Origin: an uncultured Acidobacteriota bacterium
GTDB lineage: Bacteria; Acidobacteriota; UBA6911
Length of the DNA stretch: 64,000 bases
Direction of reading: 5' to 3'
NCBI GenBank assembly: GCA_963843575.1
Contig: CAWJKZ010000017.1
Span: forward strand, 96,001-160,000
Program-made: the position numbers and the translations under genes
The notes under the pieces: model-generated
Database searches by the model: none
Told to the model about the DNA's origin: nothing
The model's input: only the letters and a program-made list of their open reading frames with translations
In this document: positions 1 through 11,400 of the stretch, piece after piece
Layout of the letters: each line of letters begins with the position of its first letter
Numbering within the stretch: the first letter of the stretch is position 1

Positions 1-698
1 CGGGGGTGATCGCCCAGGCCGGCGCCCGGGCGGCCGTCCAGTACTCGCTGGCCGAGATCGGCAACATCGGCATCGCCTGCAACGCTCCCGCGGCGCTGGA
101 CGATGTCCACGTCGCGATCGACAAACTCGCGGTCGTCCAGCACGACAAGTATCTGCCCAACGCCGCCGTCTCGGTCCCGGCCCTGTATTACACGACCCTG
201 CTGCCGAGCAGCCCCAAGCTGATGCTGAACGTCGAGAGCGACGACTACGGGGTGCTGGAGAGGCGCCGGTGCGGCTGCCTGCTCGACGACCTCGGCTTCC
301 ACACGCACCTGTCCGAAATCCGGAGTTACGATAAACTGACGAGCGAAGGGATGACGTTCCTCGGCAGCGAGCTCATTTCGCTCGTCGACGAGGTGCTCCC
401 GTCCCGCTTCGGGGGAATCCGACCGACTACCAGTTGGTCGAGGAAGAGGAGGATGGCTTGCCCAGGGTGAGCCTCGTCGTCAGCCCTCGGGTCGGGACCT
501 TGGACGAGGCGGAGGTCGTGGAGCGCGGTGCTCGCGTTCCTGAGGGCCTACCCTTCGTGCAAGAAGCTGATGTCCGACGTGTGGCGGGACAGCCGGACCC
601 TCCGGGTGGTGCGCCGGGAGCCTTACCTGACCGGCGCGGCCAAGATTATGCCCCTGCACTTGGTGAGCGCGAAAAACGCCACGTCCGCTAGCTCTTGA
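1..698 (+). CDS. C-terminal part of a phenylacetate-CoA ligase/GH3-like adenylate-forming protein (5'-partial, frameshifted)
   Basis: ORFs 6-470 and 434-691 join (EIGNIGIAC, NVESDDYG, RRCGC, IRSYDKLTSEGM, EEEEDGLPRVSLVVSP). The frame returns to KIMPLHLV and stops at TGA 696-698. Family call is from motif recollection. Confidence 0.5.
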
Positions 699-802
699 CC
701 GACCGGCATGGGAGGGGCCGCGCGATCCCCTGCCGCGCGACGCAGCCATCCAGGTTGCGTCATATCGAGGCCCGACGCGAGCCGGCCCCGACCGTGAACA
801 GA

Positions 803-2245
803 ATGGTTACCGGGCGCAAATTTGTCCTGAATCTCACCTGGCTGTCCGCGGGGGACGTGGCCGCGAAGATCCTGGCCTTTTTCGCCTTCGCCCGCCTGGC
901 GCGAGTGCTCGGGACCGACGGCTTCGGCTCCATCGCCTTTGCCGCCGCCTTCACCCTGTACTTCTCCCTGATCGTCAGCCAGGGGCTCGACGTGTACGCT
1001 ATCCAGGAAGTGGCGCGCGACCTCGGCATCCTGCAGCGGCGCGCGGCGTCGATCCTGGGGTTGCGGCTGGTCTCGACCCTGGTCGCCTATCCCGCCCTGC
1101 TCCTCGTCTCGTCGCAGATCGGGAAGCCGGCCCAGGTGAAGGTCCTCGTGCTCCTCTATGGCCTCAGCTTCATCCCCTCGGCGCTTTCGCTCCAGTGGGT
1201 GTTCCAGGTGACGGAACACATGAAGTACGTCGCCGGAGCGAACGTGCTCGGCCAGATGGTCTTCGCCTCGCTCGTGCTCCTCTCCATCGGGCGGCCGTCG
1301 CAGATATTCCTGGTTCCCGTCTTCCAGTGCGCCGGGGAACTGGCCGGGACGATCTTCTTCTTCTGCCTCTATCGCAAGCTCTTTGGGCCGGTGCGGATCT
1401 CGTTCAGGGCGGGGGACTGGACGCACATGCTGCGCGGGTCGCTCCCGATGGGTTTTTCGGGGGCGCTGAGCCTGGTCATGATCAATTTCGACATGGTCTT
1501 GCTCGGGTTCATGAAGCCGGCCTCCGAGGTTGGCCAGTACAGCGCCGCCTACAAAGTGATCGCGTTCTTCTCGTCCCTGATCCTGCTGTACAACCGGAAC
1601 CTCTTCCCCGCAGTCTCGCGCTCCCGGGGCCGGCCCGACACGCTCCGCCAGATATCCGACGGCACGCAGAAATACTGCCTCCTCCTGTCGATGCCGCTTG
1701 CGCTCGGCGGATCCATACTCGCGGGACCCCTGATGCGGATGATCTTCGGCCCCGAATACGGAGGTGGCGCCGCGGCGCTGGCGATTTTGATCTGGATCGT
1801 CCCGACCGCGTCCCTGAGGGTGCTGTATCGCGTCACGCTGATGTCTCACGGGCTGCAGAGACTCAACCTCTGGCTGGCGTTCTGCGCGGTTGCGGTCAAC
1901 GTCGGGCTCAACGTGGCGCTGATCCCGAGGTTCGGGATCCTGGGGTCGGCCGCGGCCTCCGTCACCTCCGAAATCTTGCTGCTCCTGATTTCCTTCGGCG
2001 CCGTGACGCGCCGGGTGGCTCCGCTGCCACTCGCGAAGCACTTGATCGGGCCGGCGCTCATGTGCCTGCCGATGGCGGCTTTTCTCCTTTGGTTTCCCGG
2101 GCTACACGTGGCGGCCTGCGTCGCGGCCGGGTTCCTGATCTACATGGCGTCGGGCGCCGTGTTCGGAACCCTTGACCTGCGCGAGATATCCGCCCTTGCG
2201 GGCGTCACGCGCGGGGCGAAGACCGGTCCGGAGGAGGAACGATGA
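803..2245 (+). CDS. Wzx-type oligosaccharide flippase (MOP/PST family)
   Basis: About 12-14 hydrophobic segments; [44 protein letters not shown] motifs. Confidence 0.85.
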   Translation: MVTGRKFVLNLTWLSAGDVAAKILAFFAFARLARVLGTDGFGSIAFAAAFTLYFSLIVSQGLDVYAIQEVARDLGILQRRAASILGLRLVSTLVAYPALLLVSSQIGKPAQVKVLVLLYGLSFIPSALSLQWVFQVTEHMKYVAGANVLGQMVFASLVLLSIGRPSQIFLVPVFQCAGELAGTIFFFCLYRKLFGPVRISFRAGDWTHMLRGSLPMGFSGALSLVMINFDMVLLGFMKPASEVGQYSAAYKVIAFFSSLILLYNRNLFPAVSRSRGRPDTLRQISDGTQKYCLLLSMPLALGGSILAGPLMRMIFGPEYGGGAAALAILIWIVPTASLRVLYRVTLMSHGLQRLNLWLAFCAVAVNVGLNVALIPRFGILGSAAASVTSEILLLLISFGAVTRRVAPLPLAKHLIGPALMCLPMAAFLLWFPGLHVAACVAAGFLIYMASGAVFGTLDLREISALAGVTRGAKTGPEEER

Positions 2246-3157
2246 GCCGCGTCCCCGTCACGATCATCACCGGTTTCCTCGGCAGCGGCAAGACGACGCT
2301 GCTGAATCACCTCTTGCGCTCCGGCGCCGGGTTCCGGCTGGCGGTGGTCGTCAACGAGTTTGGCGCTGTGGGTGTCGACGGCGCCCTGGTTTCGGGGGGG
2401 AGCTGTTCGTTGAACTCGACAACGGCTGCCTGTGCTGCGCGCTGAACCAGGACCTCGAGAGCCTTCTGAACGCGCTGTCCCGGCGCGGCGGCTTCGACCA
2501 CCTCGTCATCGAGACCACGGGGCTGGCCGATCCCCTCGGGGTAGCTTGGACTTTCGAGCGGCCCGGCCTGGTTTCGTACTTCCGGATGGACGCGATCGTC
2601 ACCGTCGTGGACGCCGCTAATGTCGACTCGGCACTGGAACAAGCGATCGAGGCGCAGGTCCAGATTGAGCGGGCAGATCTGCTCGTGCTCAACAAGCTCG
2701 ACCTCGTGCCGGACAACGGCGCCGCCGCGGAGGAAGCCGTCCGACGGCTGAACTGCCCAGGCGCGGATCCTGCCCGCGTCCTACGGGGCCGTCCCCTGGT
2801 CGGTCGTGCTCGACCCCGGCCCAGCGAAGGCTCCGGCCGCGCCCGCTCCACCACGCGCCGGGCACCGGCACAGCCCGTTCGAATCCTGGTCCTGGGAAAC
2901 GGACGCAGACCATCCGCGCCGAGCATCTGGAAGACCTGTTCTACGATCTGCCCGCCGGCGTCTATCGCGTGAAAGGCATCCTGCGCACCCCGGGGGATAC
3001 CGGCTGGACCGCAGCCCACTGCGTGGCCGGGCGGTTCGACATCTCGCCCGCTCCCCCGCCCCGCGAGCCGCTGCGCCGGGGCGCGCTCGTCTTCATCGGC
3101 AAAAACCTCGACCGCCCCGCGCTTGCCGCCCTCTGCGCCCGCCTGGAACGCCCCTAG
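2242..3157 (+). CDS. CobW/COG0523 metal-chaperone GTPase (frameshifted)
   Basis: [27 protein letters not shown] and NKLD motifs plus a C-terminal KGIL...LVFIG, spread over several frames. ATGA overlap with the flippase stop. Confidence 0.85.
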
Positions 3158-3196
3158 CCCTTCCGTCCTCGGCTTCCGGCTCCCGGCTTCTGCTTC

Positions 3197-5539
3197 TCAG
3201 AACAGGCGTAGCTGCGGGTGAATGGCGGTGACGGCGTCGAAATCGATGCCCAGCAGCAGGAACACAGGTTCCGCCACGGCGCGCAGCTGTTTCTGGATGT
3301 AGTGCTCGTAGTCGATCGCAGAGGTGCGCGTGGCGGACGGTTCCGGCCCGTTCCGGGTCACGACATACGAGATGACCTGCCCCGCCCTGGCGGTCCCCTT
3401 GCGCGCCGCGGAAACGTGGGGTGGGGTCGACGCGACGTATTCGGCCAGCCCCTTGCGCAGCGCCTTGCGATAGACCAGCATGCCGTCCAACTGGCCTGCC
3501 CGCAGCTGCGCGGCGATCTCCCGGACGTACGCCTCGACGGGCTGTTCGCTGAAGAGGCGCAGATAGAGCTCGCGCTGGGTGCGCCGCGCCAGCTCGGTCC
3601 AATCGCTGCGGACGGCCTCCATCCCGGTAAACACCACTGCCGGCCTGCCGTCCTCGTCGACGAGCCCCGCGTAACGCTTCCGGGCCCCGGCCGCGCCGTG
3701 CCGTGCCGCCGGCAGCAGGAAACGCAGATAGAGCCGCTCGAACTTCATTTCGAGCCTGCTCTCGACGCGCCAACGCCGGGCCACGTGGTCGGCCAGGTCC
3801 CGATTCAGCCGGGCGGGGAGCGCGGCGCCCAGCGCGCGCGCCTTGTCGGTGTCGCCCGTGCCCGACACGACGAACAAGCTGTCGGTGTCGCCGTAGAGCA
3901 CCTCGTAACCGTAGCCCTCGATTGCCGCCTTGGACCAGAGCAGGATCTCGCGGCCGAAACTGGTGATCGCATTGGCCAGCTCGGGGGAGGCAAACCGGCA
4001 GGCGGGAGTCCCCAGGACGCCGTAAAAGGAATTCATCAGGATCTTGATCGCGTGACTCGCGACCCTGTCGCCGGCAGCCCGGGCCTTCTCGCGGCGCGGG
4101 AAGAGATCGTCGAGGATGCCGGGGAGGATGCCGGGCTCGCGCCGGAAGGCGGCTCCGTTCGGGGCCACGATGGGGTCGTCCCCCGGTCGAGGGGCGGGCA
4201 GGTATCCGCAGGGATCGATCTGGAACGTGCGGATGACGCTCGGGTACAGGCTCTTGAAATCGAGGACCAGCACGTTGCGGTACAACCCGGGACGCGGCGC
4301 CAGGACGTGTCCCCCGGCGGTGGCCCCCCATCGAGTGGCCGCCGCCTGGACGGATGGGGCGACGAGTCCGCGCCTCGCCAGTTCACCCAGATAGAGAAAA
4401 TCGAACGAGGCGATGCTGGCCCCCACCCTGTCCAGCGCCATGCCGGTGAGCCTGCTCCGCTCGACCGCCAGGTCGACGAGCCGCAGCTTGTCCAGGATCT
4501 CGAGGACCAGCCGCGAGTCGTTCAGGTTGTACTCGACGAGCCGGGCCCGGTCCTCCTTGAACATGCGCAGGATTTCGCCGGCCCGCCGGGCGCCCTGGAT
4601 CGTTTTGGACTTGCCCAGGATCTCGCGCGCCGCCGATTCCAGCGAGTAACTCTCCAGCCGCACGAAGGAGCTGCGCAGCGCATGAATGCCGTCGAGAACG
4701 ACGCGCCCCTGCACGAACGCCTGGCTCGCGCCGCGTCCGAAAGAAGGACGCGCGCGCATTCTCAAGGGCTCCGGGCCGCGTCCGAGGGCGAGGCGGACGT
4801 CGCACCGTTCCGCGATCCGGGCCAGGGTGGCGAGGTCGAAATCCACCACGTTCCAGCCGGTGAGGATGTCGGGGTCGAGCTCGCGCACGCGTGCGAGGAA
4901 CGCCTCGAGGAGCTCCTTCTCGCTCCGTAAGCAGGACGCGGTGCCGACGCTGTCGTAACCGCGCGGCGTGAAGAGCAGCACCTCTTCGACGCCGCAACCG
5001 GCCAGCGAGATCGAAAGGAGGCGCCGCGCCGAGGGGTCGGTCTCGATGTCGAAGGCGAGCACGGTGAGCCGGGGGATCCAATCGCCGGGACGCACCTGGG
5101 GGTTTTCGAACACGAGCACGCCGCAGTCGGTGCGGCACGGGGCGCCTTCGATGACGAGCGAGCCGCGGATGCGGCGGTCGATCAGGTAGCGCGCGGCGAA
5201 GCCGACGTCCGCCTCGTAACAGCGGATACCCCGGGCGGTGAGCGCATCCCGCAGGGGCGGGACGTCGGCAGGCGTCCGCACGCGCACACGCACGACGGGG
5301 CGCCCCGCCATGTCGGTCTTCGGGGGATGCGTCGCTTCGATGCCGGGGACCGAACCACTCAGCCGGGAGGCGTCGTCGCTGCCGATGTAGAAATACGGAA
5401 CCTGCCGGTCGTCCCGGACCAGGAACGGTTGGCCCGTGTCGAGCTTGCCATAGAGCATGACGACTGGCAGGCCCGATTCAACCCGGTAGGTGCTCTCGAG
5501 GATGAAACCTCGGCGGGCACCCTCGACGATCTCACCCAT
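3197..5539 (-). CDS. polB: DNA polymerase II (family B)
   Basis: FDIET exonuclease motif, DFKSLYPS, KILMNSFYG, YGDTDS, RKRYAG; 780 aa intact. Confidence 0.93.
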   Translation of the reverse strand: MGEIVEGARRGFILESTYRVESGLPVVMLYGKLDTGQPFLVRDDRQVPYFYIGSDDASRLSGSVPGIEATHPPKTDMAGRPVVRVRVRTPADVPPLRDALTARGIRCYEADVGFAARYLIDRRIRGSLVIEGAPCRTDCGVLVFENPQVRPGDWIPRLTVLAFDIETDPSARRLLSISLAGCGVEEVLLFTPRGYDSVGTASCLRSEKELLEAFLARVRELDPDILTGWNVVDFDLATLARIAERCDVRLALGRGPEPLRMRARPSFGRGASQAFVQGRVVLDGIHALRSSFVRLESYSLESAAREILGKSKTIQGARRAGEILRMFKEDRARLVEYNLNDSRLVLEILDKLRLVDLAVERSRLTGMALDRVGASIASFDFLYLGELARRGLVAPSVQAAATRWGATAGGHVLAPRPGLYRNVLVLDFKSLYPSVIRTFQIDPCGYLPAPRPGDDPIVAPNGAAFRREPGILPGILDDLFPRREKARAAGDRVASHAIKILMNSFYGVLGTPACRFASPELANAITSFGREILLWSKAAIEGYGYEVLYGDTDSLFVVSGTGDTDKARALGAALPARLNRDLADHVARRWRVESRLEMKFERLYLRFLLPAARHGAAGARKRYAGLVDEDGRPAVVFTGMEAVRSDWTELARRTQRELYLRLFSEQPVEAYVREIAAQLRAGQLDGMLVYRKALRKGLAEYVASTPPHVSAARKGTARAGQVISYVVTRNGPEPSATRTSAIDYEHYIQKQLRAVAEPVFLLLGIDFDAVTAIHPQLRLF

Positions 5540-5546
5540 GAGCTAC

Positions 5547-5552
5547 ATTATA
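5547..5552 (-). promoter_or_regulatory. -10 box (TATAAT) 7 nt upstream of the polB ATG; probable leaderless transcript
   Basis: Minus strand reads TATAAT-gtagctc-ATG with no Shine-Dalgarno. Confidence 0.6.
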
Positions 5553-5608
5553 GCGGGGCCGGGAAGGGCCAAGGCGGCCGCGCGCGGCCCGGCCCCGCAA
5601 CAGGCGGG

Positions 5609-6733
5609 CTATCGGCCGGGCTGAGCCTCGCGGAAAAGCAGGGGAACGAATTCGGCGAGGTAGCGCCTCCACACCCTCCAGGTGTGCGCGCCCGGGAGTT
5701 TCCGTCCAGGAGAAACGCACGCCTTTCGCTTTGAGCCAGTCGAGGAACTTGCGGTTGTCGGCGATGAGGCGGTCGTCCTTGCCGCACGCCACCCAGAGCA
5801 GGCGCAGGCGGTCGTTGGCCTGCGCGCTCGAGCCCGGGGAACGTCTGGGCGAAGTCGTCGCCCAGGCCGCCCGAGCTGAATGCCCCGACCCAGGCGAAAC
5901 GGTCGAGCGCGTTGAGGCCCGTGAACAGCGACTCGGCGCCGCCCATCGACAGGCCCGCGATCGCGCGCCGATTCCTGTCCCTCGAGGCGTTGTAGAGGCG
6001 CTCCACCTGGGGGAGCACCTCCTTGAGCGTGGCGTCGCGGAACCCTTCCATGTTGCGCCGCCACAGCGACGCGTCGCGCGGGCCGCGCGTGGCGAGCACC
6101 TCCGGCGCGCCGTACCCGAGCGGCATGACGACCAGCATCGGCTTCGCTTTTCCGGACAGCGATCAGGTTATCGAGAACGACGTGGGCCCGGCCCACCGCC
6201 GTCCAGCCCGAGGCGTCGTCGCTGAAACCGTGCAGCAGGTAGAGGACGGGATAGCCGCCCCGCGCTCCCGGGTCATAGCCGGGCGGCGTGTACACGTAGA
6301 AATCGCGGTCGTCACCGACGACGCCGGACCGGTAAAAGTGCCGGTGCAGCGCTCCGCGAGGCACGTCGTTGACCTCCCAGGGCAGGGTCGAGGGGCCGGG
6401 CACGTGCAGCAGGCTCTGCACGTTCAAGAGGTTCGGTTTCATGACCGGGTTCACCGGGTCGACCAGGACGAGCCCGTCGGCGACAAAGGAGTACGCGTAG
6501 AGGTCCGGTTCGAGCGGCTCGGTCGTGAAGGACCAGACCCCCTGCTCGTCCTTCTGCATCGGGACGCGCTGGGCCCCCTCCCGCGCCAGGAGGACCTCTT
6601 TGGCATTGGGGGCCCGGAGCCGGAACGTCACACGGCCGTCGGAGTGGACTTCGGGCGACGCCACAGGCTGAGGCGCCTGGGCCTGCGCCGCGAGCGAAAA
6701 CAGGGGAATGAAGAGAGCGGCGAGAAAGCGCAT
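5609..6733 (-). CDS. Secreted esterase (CBM48/E-set domain plus alpha/beta hydrolase, CE1-like; frameshifted)
   Basis: Signal peptide, SPEVHSDGRVTFR, VYTPPGY, YLLHG, GLSMGG, and GAHTWRVWR across three frames. Confidence 0.85.
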   Translation of the reverse strand: MRFLAALFIPLFSLAAQAQAPQPVASPEVHSDGRVTFRLRAPNAKEVLLAREGAQRVPMQKDEQGVWSFTTEPLEPDLYAYSFVADGLVLVDPVNPVMKPNLLNVQSLLHVPGPSTLPWEVNDVPRGALHRHFYRSGVVGDDRDFYVYTPPGYDPGARGGYPVLYLLHGFSDDASGWTAVGRAHVVLDNLIAVRKSEADAGRHAARVRRAGGARHARPARRVAVAAQHGRVPRRHAQGGAPPGGAPLQRLEGQESARDRGPVDGRRRVAVHGPQRARPFRLGRGIQLGRPGRRLRPDVPRARARRPTTACACSGWRAARTTASSPTTASSSTGSKRKACVSPGRKLPGAHTWRVWRRYLAEFVPLLFREAQPGR

Positions 6734-6795
6734 GTCAACCTCCCGGAGGGCTCACCTCGATGGTTCCAAGAATCGTCGGAATCCATCATTGCTTG

Positions 6796-7719
6796 CTATG
6801 GCTGTGTCGGGCCGGCGCTACCCGCCGTCTTCAGGTCGCGGAGGACGTCGGCGGGGGTCCACTCGTTCCCCTGATAAAGGCGGACGAGCCTGCCGTCGGG
6901 TCCGATCAGCGCCGTGCGCAGCGAGTGAACGATCTGTCCCTTTTCCGGCCAGTAGTCCAGCCCGAAGTAGCGGGTGATGGCCTTAACTTCCTCGCCGCTG
7001 CCCGAGGCGAACTCCCAGTCGCGGAAGGCATCGGGGCCGACCTCGCCGATGAAGCCCCTGCCGTATCCCCGCAGCACTTCCGCCGTGTCATGCTCGGGGT
7101 CGAAGCTGACCGTCAGCAGGTGGAGCCGGTGGCGCAGGTCCGCGTCGTTCCGCATGGCCCTGTGAATCTGCGCGAAGTTGCCGCTCATCCGCGGGCAGAA
7201 GTCCGGCAGCGGGCAGCGCGTGTAGATGAAGGTCAGCAGCAGGGCCGTGCCGCGGTACTGGTGCAGGCGGATGTGCTTGCCCTCCTGGTTTGTGAGGACA
7301 AAATCCGGCACCTCCGCACCCGGATCGGGCAGGGTCGACGCCGCAACCGGGGCGGAGGCGCCTGCGGGGGCCTGCTGGACGACCGTGATCTCCTCGAGCC
7401 ACGACCGCCCCGCTTCAACCACGAGCGTGGCGCTGATCTCCTGGCCCGGCGCCAGGACACGGAAGGGCCACTCGTCGCGGATCGCAAAGGGCATGGTCAT
7501 CGCCGCCATGAACCCGGGGATCTCCTCGTGCGCGACGGTCACGCGCCGGGCGTCCTTGTCCACCGAAATGACCTTGCCCCTCACCGCGTAGCGGAGGGTC
7601 GTCTCCTGCGGGCGCGTGCCGCAGGAGGCCAGCAGCCAAAGCATCGTGACCGCCGCGCCGATCAGTAGTCTGCGCCGACACATGGGAATAGTCCGGAAGT
7701 AGGCACCGCAATCCTGCAC
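6796..7719 (-). CDS. CusF-like copper-binding domain fused to an SCO1/SenC domain (lipoprotein)
   Basis: Lipobox LLASC; HEEIPGFMAAMTM; TRCPLPDFCP; IVHSL. Start is either GTG 7719 or ATG 7683. Confidence 0.85.
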   Translation of the reverse strand: MQDCGAYFRTIPMCRRRLLIGAAVTMLWLLASCGTRPQETTLRYAVRGKVISVDKDARRVTVAHEEIPGFMAAMTMPFAIRDEWPFRVLAPGQEISATLVVEAGRSWLEEITVVQQAPAGASAPVAASTLPDPGAEVPDFVLTNQEGKHIRLHQYRGTALLLTFIYTRCPLPDFCPRMSGNFAQIHRAMRNDADLRHRLHLLTVSFDPEHDTAEVLRGYGRGFIGEVGPDAFRDWEFASGSGEEVKAITRYFGLDYWPEKGQIVHSLRTALIGPDGRLVRLYQGNEWTPADVLRDLKTAGSAGPTQP

Positions 7720-7762
7720 GCCGCCCATTGTAGCACCGGAGCCGGTCCAAACCACGAAACGC

Positions 7763-7791
7763 TTGCAAGGCGGCCTTCCTGCCCTTATAGT
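7763..7791 (+). promoter_or_regulatory. Sigma70-type promoter of the RRM gene
   Basis: TTGCAA (7763-7768), 17-nt spacer, TATAGT (7786-7791). Confidence 0.65.
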
Positions 7792-7836
7792 GGTGCCGCG
7801 GTGTCAGTGCTTTTCGTTCGACGTTTTCGGTAATGC

Positions 7837-7874
7837 GGCTGCGGCTTCGGGACACTGGGGCGCAGCCTTTTTTT
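7837..7874 (+). terminator. Intrinsic-terminator-like hairpin in the RRM 5' leader (possible attenuator)
   Basis: GGCTGCG/CGCAGCC stem, extendable with GU pairs, followed by T7 (7868-7874), lying upstream of ATG 7903. Confidence 0.55.
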
Positions 7875-7902
7875 GTGCCTTTTGCTAGGCCGGCCAAGGA
7901 AC

Positions 7903-8199
7903 ATGCCAGGCAGAATCTTTTTGGGAAACCTGTCGTTTAACCTGACCGATACGGATGTGCAGGAACTCTTCGAGAGCCAGAACATCCCTGTCGCCAGCGT
8001 AAAAATCATGCGGGACCGCGAGACGGGTAAGTCGCGCGGTTTCGGTTTTGTCGAACTCGCCCCCGAGGCCGACATGGAGGCCGTCATCAGGGAGATGAAC
8101 GGCAAAGTGGTCGACGGACGCGCACTCACGGTCAACGAAGCCCGGCCGCAGACGCGGCGCGATTCGCCCGGGTACCGCGACCGAGAGTTCGGCCACTAG
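7903..8199 (+). CDS. RNA-recognition-motif (RRM) RNA-binding protein
   Basis: RNP2 IFLGNLSF, RNP1 SRGFGFVE, GRALTVNEARP. Confidence 0.92.
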   Translation: MPGRIFLGNLSFNLTDTDVQELFESQNIPVASVKIMRDRETGKSRGFGFVELAPEADMEAVIREMNGKVVDGRALTVNEARPQTRRDSPGYRDREFGH

Positions 8200-8481
8200 C
8201 CCTAATACCGGCAGACCGGGCCGAGGCTGCAAAGTGGGCCGACGCGGTCCGAACCATCCTCCACCGCACCCCAAGCCGTCCCCCCTCGGGTGCAACCTGC
8301 CGGGGATCCGTGGGCATGCCCGCGTTCGGTGCCGGTTTTCGTTGAATTGCAGCGGCGCGCAGTAGTAGTTTTGCTGCATCTGGGAACGATGCTTTGCAGA
8401 ACACGAACCCACCGAGCGACGCATGGGTGTACGCCTGTCCTTCCCAACCGCAAACCACTCCCTCCATATCGCTGGTACAAA

Positions 8482-11400
8482 ATGCCGAGCAAGCTCCTGC
8501 AGTGTCGCGTGATTCTCCTCTGCCTCGGGGCCCTGCCCGCGATGGCCCAACCGCAGGCGCGGGTGGACCAGTTCTCGCCCCAGGGCACCGTAAAGAATGT
8601 GCGCCAGGCGCACGCGCGTTTCTCGGAGCCGATGGTCCCGTTCGGCGACCCGCGCTCCCCGGACAGCCCGTTCGTCGCACAGTGCTCGGAGAAGGGTGCC
8701 GGGCGATGGGTCGACGGCCGCAACTGGGTCTTCGACTTCGACCGCAATCTCCCGGCCGGGATCCGCTGCGAGTTTCGGCTGCGCGACGGTTTGAGGACGC
8801 TCGCCGGCGGCTTGGTTTCCGGCCCTCAACGGTTCGCCTTCTCCACCGGCGGGCCGGCCATCCTGTCGTCGCGGCCGTGGGAGGGTTCGGACTATGTCGA
8901 CGAGGAGCAGGTTTTTCTGCTTGAACTCGACAGCGAAGCGTCCGAGCAAAGCGTTCTCGCGAACACGTCGTTCACGGTCGAAAAGCTCCCCGACCGCATT
9001 GGGGTGCGGATCGTAACCGGGGAACAGCGCGACGCCATCCTGAAGGCCGAGTTTCCAAGGGCCGAGCATCGCCCGGCCCACACGCTGCTGATCCAGGCCG
9101 TGAGGCGGCTCCCAGCCGGCGCGCGCGTCAGCCTGGTCTGGGGGCGTGGCGTCAGCACGCCCGGAGGAGTGGCAACCGAGACCGACCAGGTGCTCCCGTT
9201 TGTCGTGCGCACGCCTTTCACCGCCACCTTCCACTGCCAGCGCGAAAACCCCCAGGCCGAGTGCGTCCCGGTGTCGCCCATGCGCCTGTCCTTCTCGGCG
9301 CCGGTTCTGTGGACCGACGTCCGTGATGCCGTGCTGAAGGGCCCCGGCGGCAAGCGCTGGTCCCCGAAACCTCCGGGGCCCGACGAAGAGGAGGATTCCC
9401 GCTTCGTCACGGACCTCTCCTTCGAGGGGCCGTTCCCGGAGAGGTCGTCATTTTCCATCGAGATCCCCGCGGGGCTGAAGGACGACTCCGGGCGCAGCCT
9501 GTCGAATTCCGGCGCCTTCCCTGTCACGGTCCGAACGGACGAGTATCCGCCGCTGGCGAAGTTCTCCTCACATTTCGGCATCCTCGAGTGGAAGGGCAGC
9601 CCCGTGCTCCCTGTGACCCTGAGAAACGTCGAGCCGACGGTGGCCGGCCGGTCGATGCAGGTCACCGGGGGAGAGCGGGACGTAGACCCGCCCGAGCCGA
9701 ATGCGGCCGAACTGCCGGTCGCGGGAAGCTTGCGCGGCCGGGTACTGCGGGTGCCGACGGAACAGGCCGGTCAGATGATGCACTGGATCGCGAAGGTGCG
9801 TGGCCGGAGCTGGGAGGACCGCGACAAATCAGTCTTCGGCCCGGTGACGAAGGAGAAGGCGGGATCCTTCACCATCCCGAAGCCCGGCGGAGGGAAGGCG
9901 TTCGAAGTCGTCGGCATCCCGATGAAAGCTCCCGGCTTCTACGTCGTCGAGATCGAGAGCGAAATCCTGGGCGCCGCGTTGCTCGGGCCAGCCCAAGCCG
10001 ATGTACGTACCGACGACGGTGCTGGTCACGAACCTCTCCGTCCATTTCAAGCGGGGTCTCGAATCGTCGCTCGTCTGGGTCACCACGCTGGACAAGGCTC
10101 GTCCGGTCGCGGGCGCAACCGCCGAGATCACCGACTGCACGGGAGCCCGGCTCTGGCAGGGCAAGACAGACCGAGACGGCATCGCGCGTCCCGCAGGGAT
10201 CCCCGCGCAGGGACGCCAGTATCCGGAGTGCGCCGCGGAAGGCGACGAGCCGGGGCTCACGGTGACGGCCCGGCTCGGGTCCGACATGGCCTTCGTCCAC
10301 ACAACCTGGAACGAGGGGATCGAGCCCTGGAGATTCCAGATTCCCACGGAGTACGACGACAGCCTCGCCGCCGCACACACGGTTTTCGACCGGCCGCTCT
10401 TCCGGGCCGGCGAAACCGTGCACATGAAGCATTTCCTACGCAGGCACGGCACGGCGGGCTTCTCCCTGATGCGCCCGGAGGAGCTGCCCGCCCGCGGGCA
10501 CATCAGCCACCTCGGCACCAACCAGCGGTATCCCCTCGCGCTCAAGTGGGATGCCGGCGGGACCGCGGAGTCCTCCTGGACCATACCCCGGGAGGCCAAG
10601 CTGGGCGAGTACCAGGTCGTGCTGGGCGAGGAGCCGATCCCGCGGCACGGCCGGTACGACCCCCGTCTACTATGCAGGAATGTTCAGGGTCGAGGAGTAT
10701 CGCGTCCCGCTCATGCGCGGCATCATCCGGCCCCCGGCGGGTCCCCTCGTCGCCCCGGTCTCGGTTCCCATCGACCTGACCGTGACCTACCTGGCCGGGA
10801 GGTACCGCCGGCGAACACGCCGGTGAAATTCAGGTACGACGTGCACCCCGGCGGGGTCCGTCCTCTCGAGGGTTTCGAAGAGTTCGTGTTCTCGAACGGA
10901 AAGACGCGTGAGGGCCTGCAGCGCGGCGACGAGGAGATGGAACCGGAGACCCGGTTCGAGCTGAAGAGCACGGACCTCGTGCTCGACGGCTCCGGGTCGG
11001 CCCGGACCGTGATCTCGATCCTGCCCCGCGTCGAGGCGCCCCAGGAGATTCTGGCCGAGCTCGAGTTCCGCGACCCCAACGGCGAGGTGCAGACCGTGGC
11101 GTCGCGCATAACCCTGCTCCCCGCCGACCGCTACATCGGGATCCGCCCGGACTCGTGGACGCTGAACCGGGAGGCACTCAAGTTCCAGATCGCGGTGACC
11201 GATCTCGTCCGGCAAACCGGTGGCCCAGGCGCCCGTGCGCGTGGACCTGCTGCAGCGCAGAACCTATTCCCACCGCAAGCGCCTCGTCGGGGGCTTCTAC
11301 GCTTACGAACACGCGACGGAAACGAAGCGGCTCCAAACCCTGTGCGAGGGCACGACCGACGGCAAGGGGCTGCTTCTGTGCGACAAGGTCTCCCCGGCCT

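Noticed and set aside
3218-4930. Long antisense and alternate-frame ORFs here and throughout (e.g. 43417-45330, 47868-49733)
   Set aside because: Shadow ORFs expected in high-GC DNA opposite well-supported genes; Arg/Pro/Gly-rich with no motifs.
3197-5539. Family B polymerase as a sign of a phage, casposon or pipolin
   Set aside because: It has typical cellular Pol II architecture, with no integrase, cas1, TIRs or phage genes nearby.
8200-8481. Possible ncRNA or small ORF between the RRM gene and A2M
   Set aside because: No recognisable RNA family, terminator or convincing RBS-led ORF; an Rfam scan would be needed.
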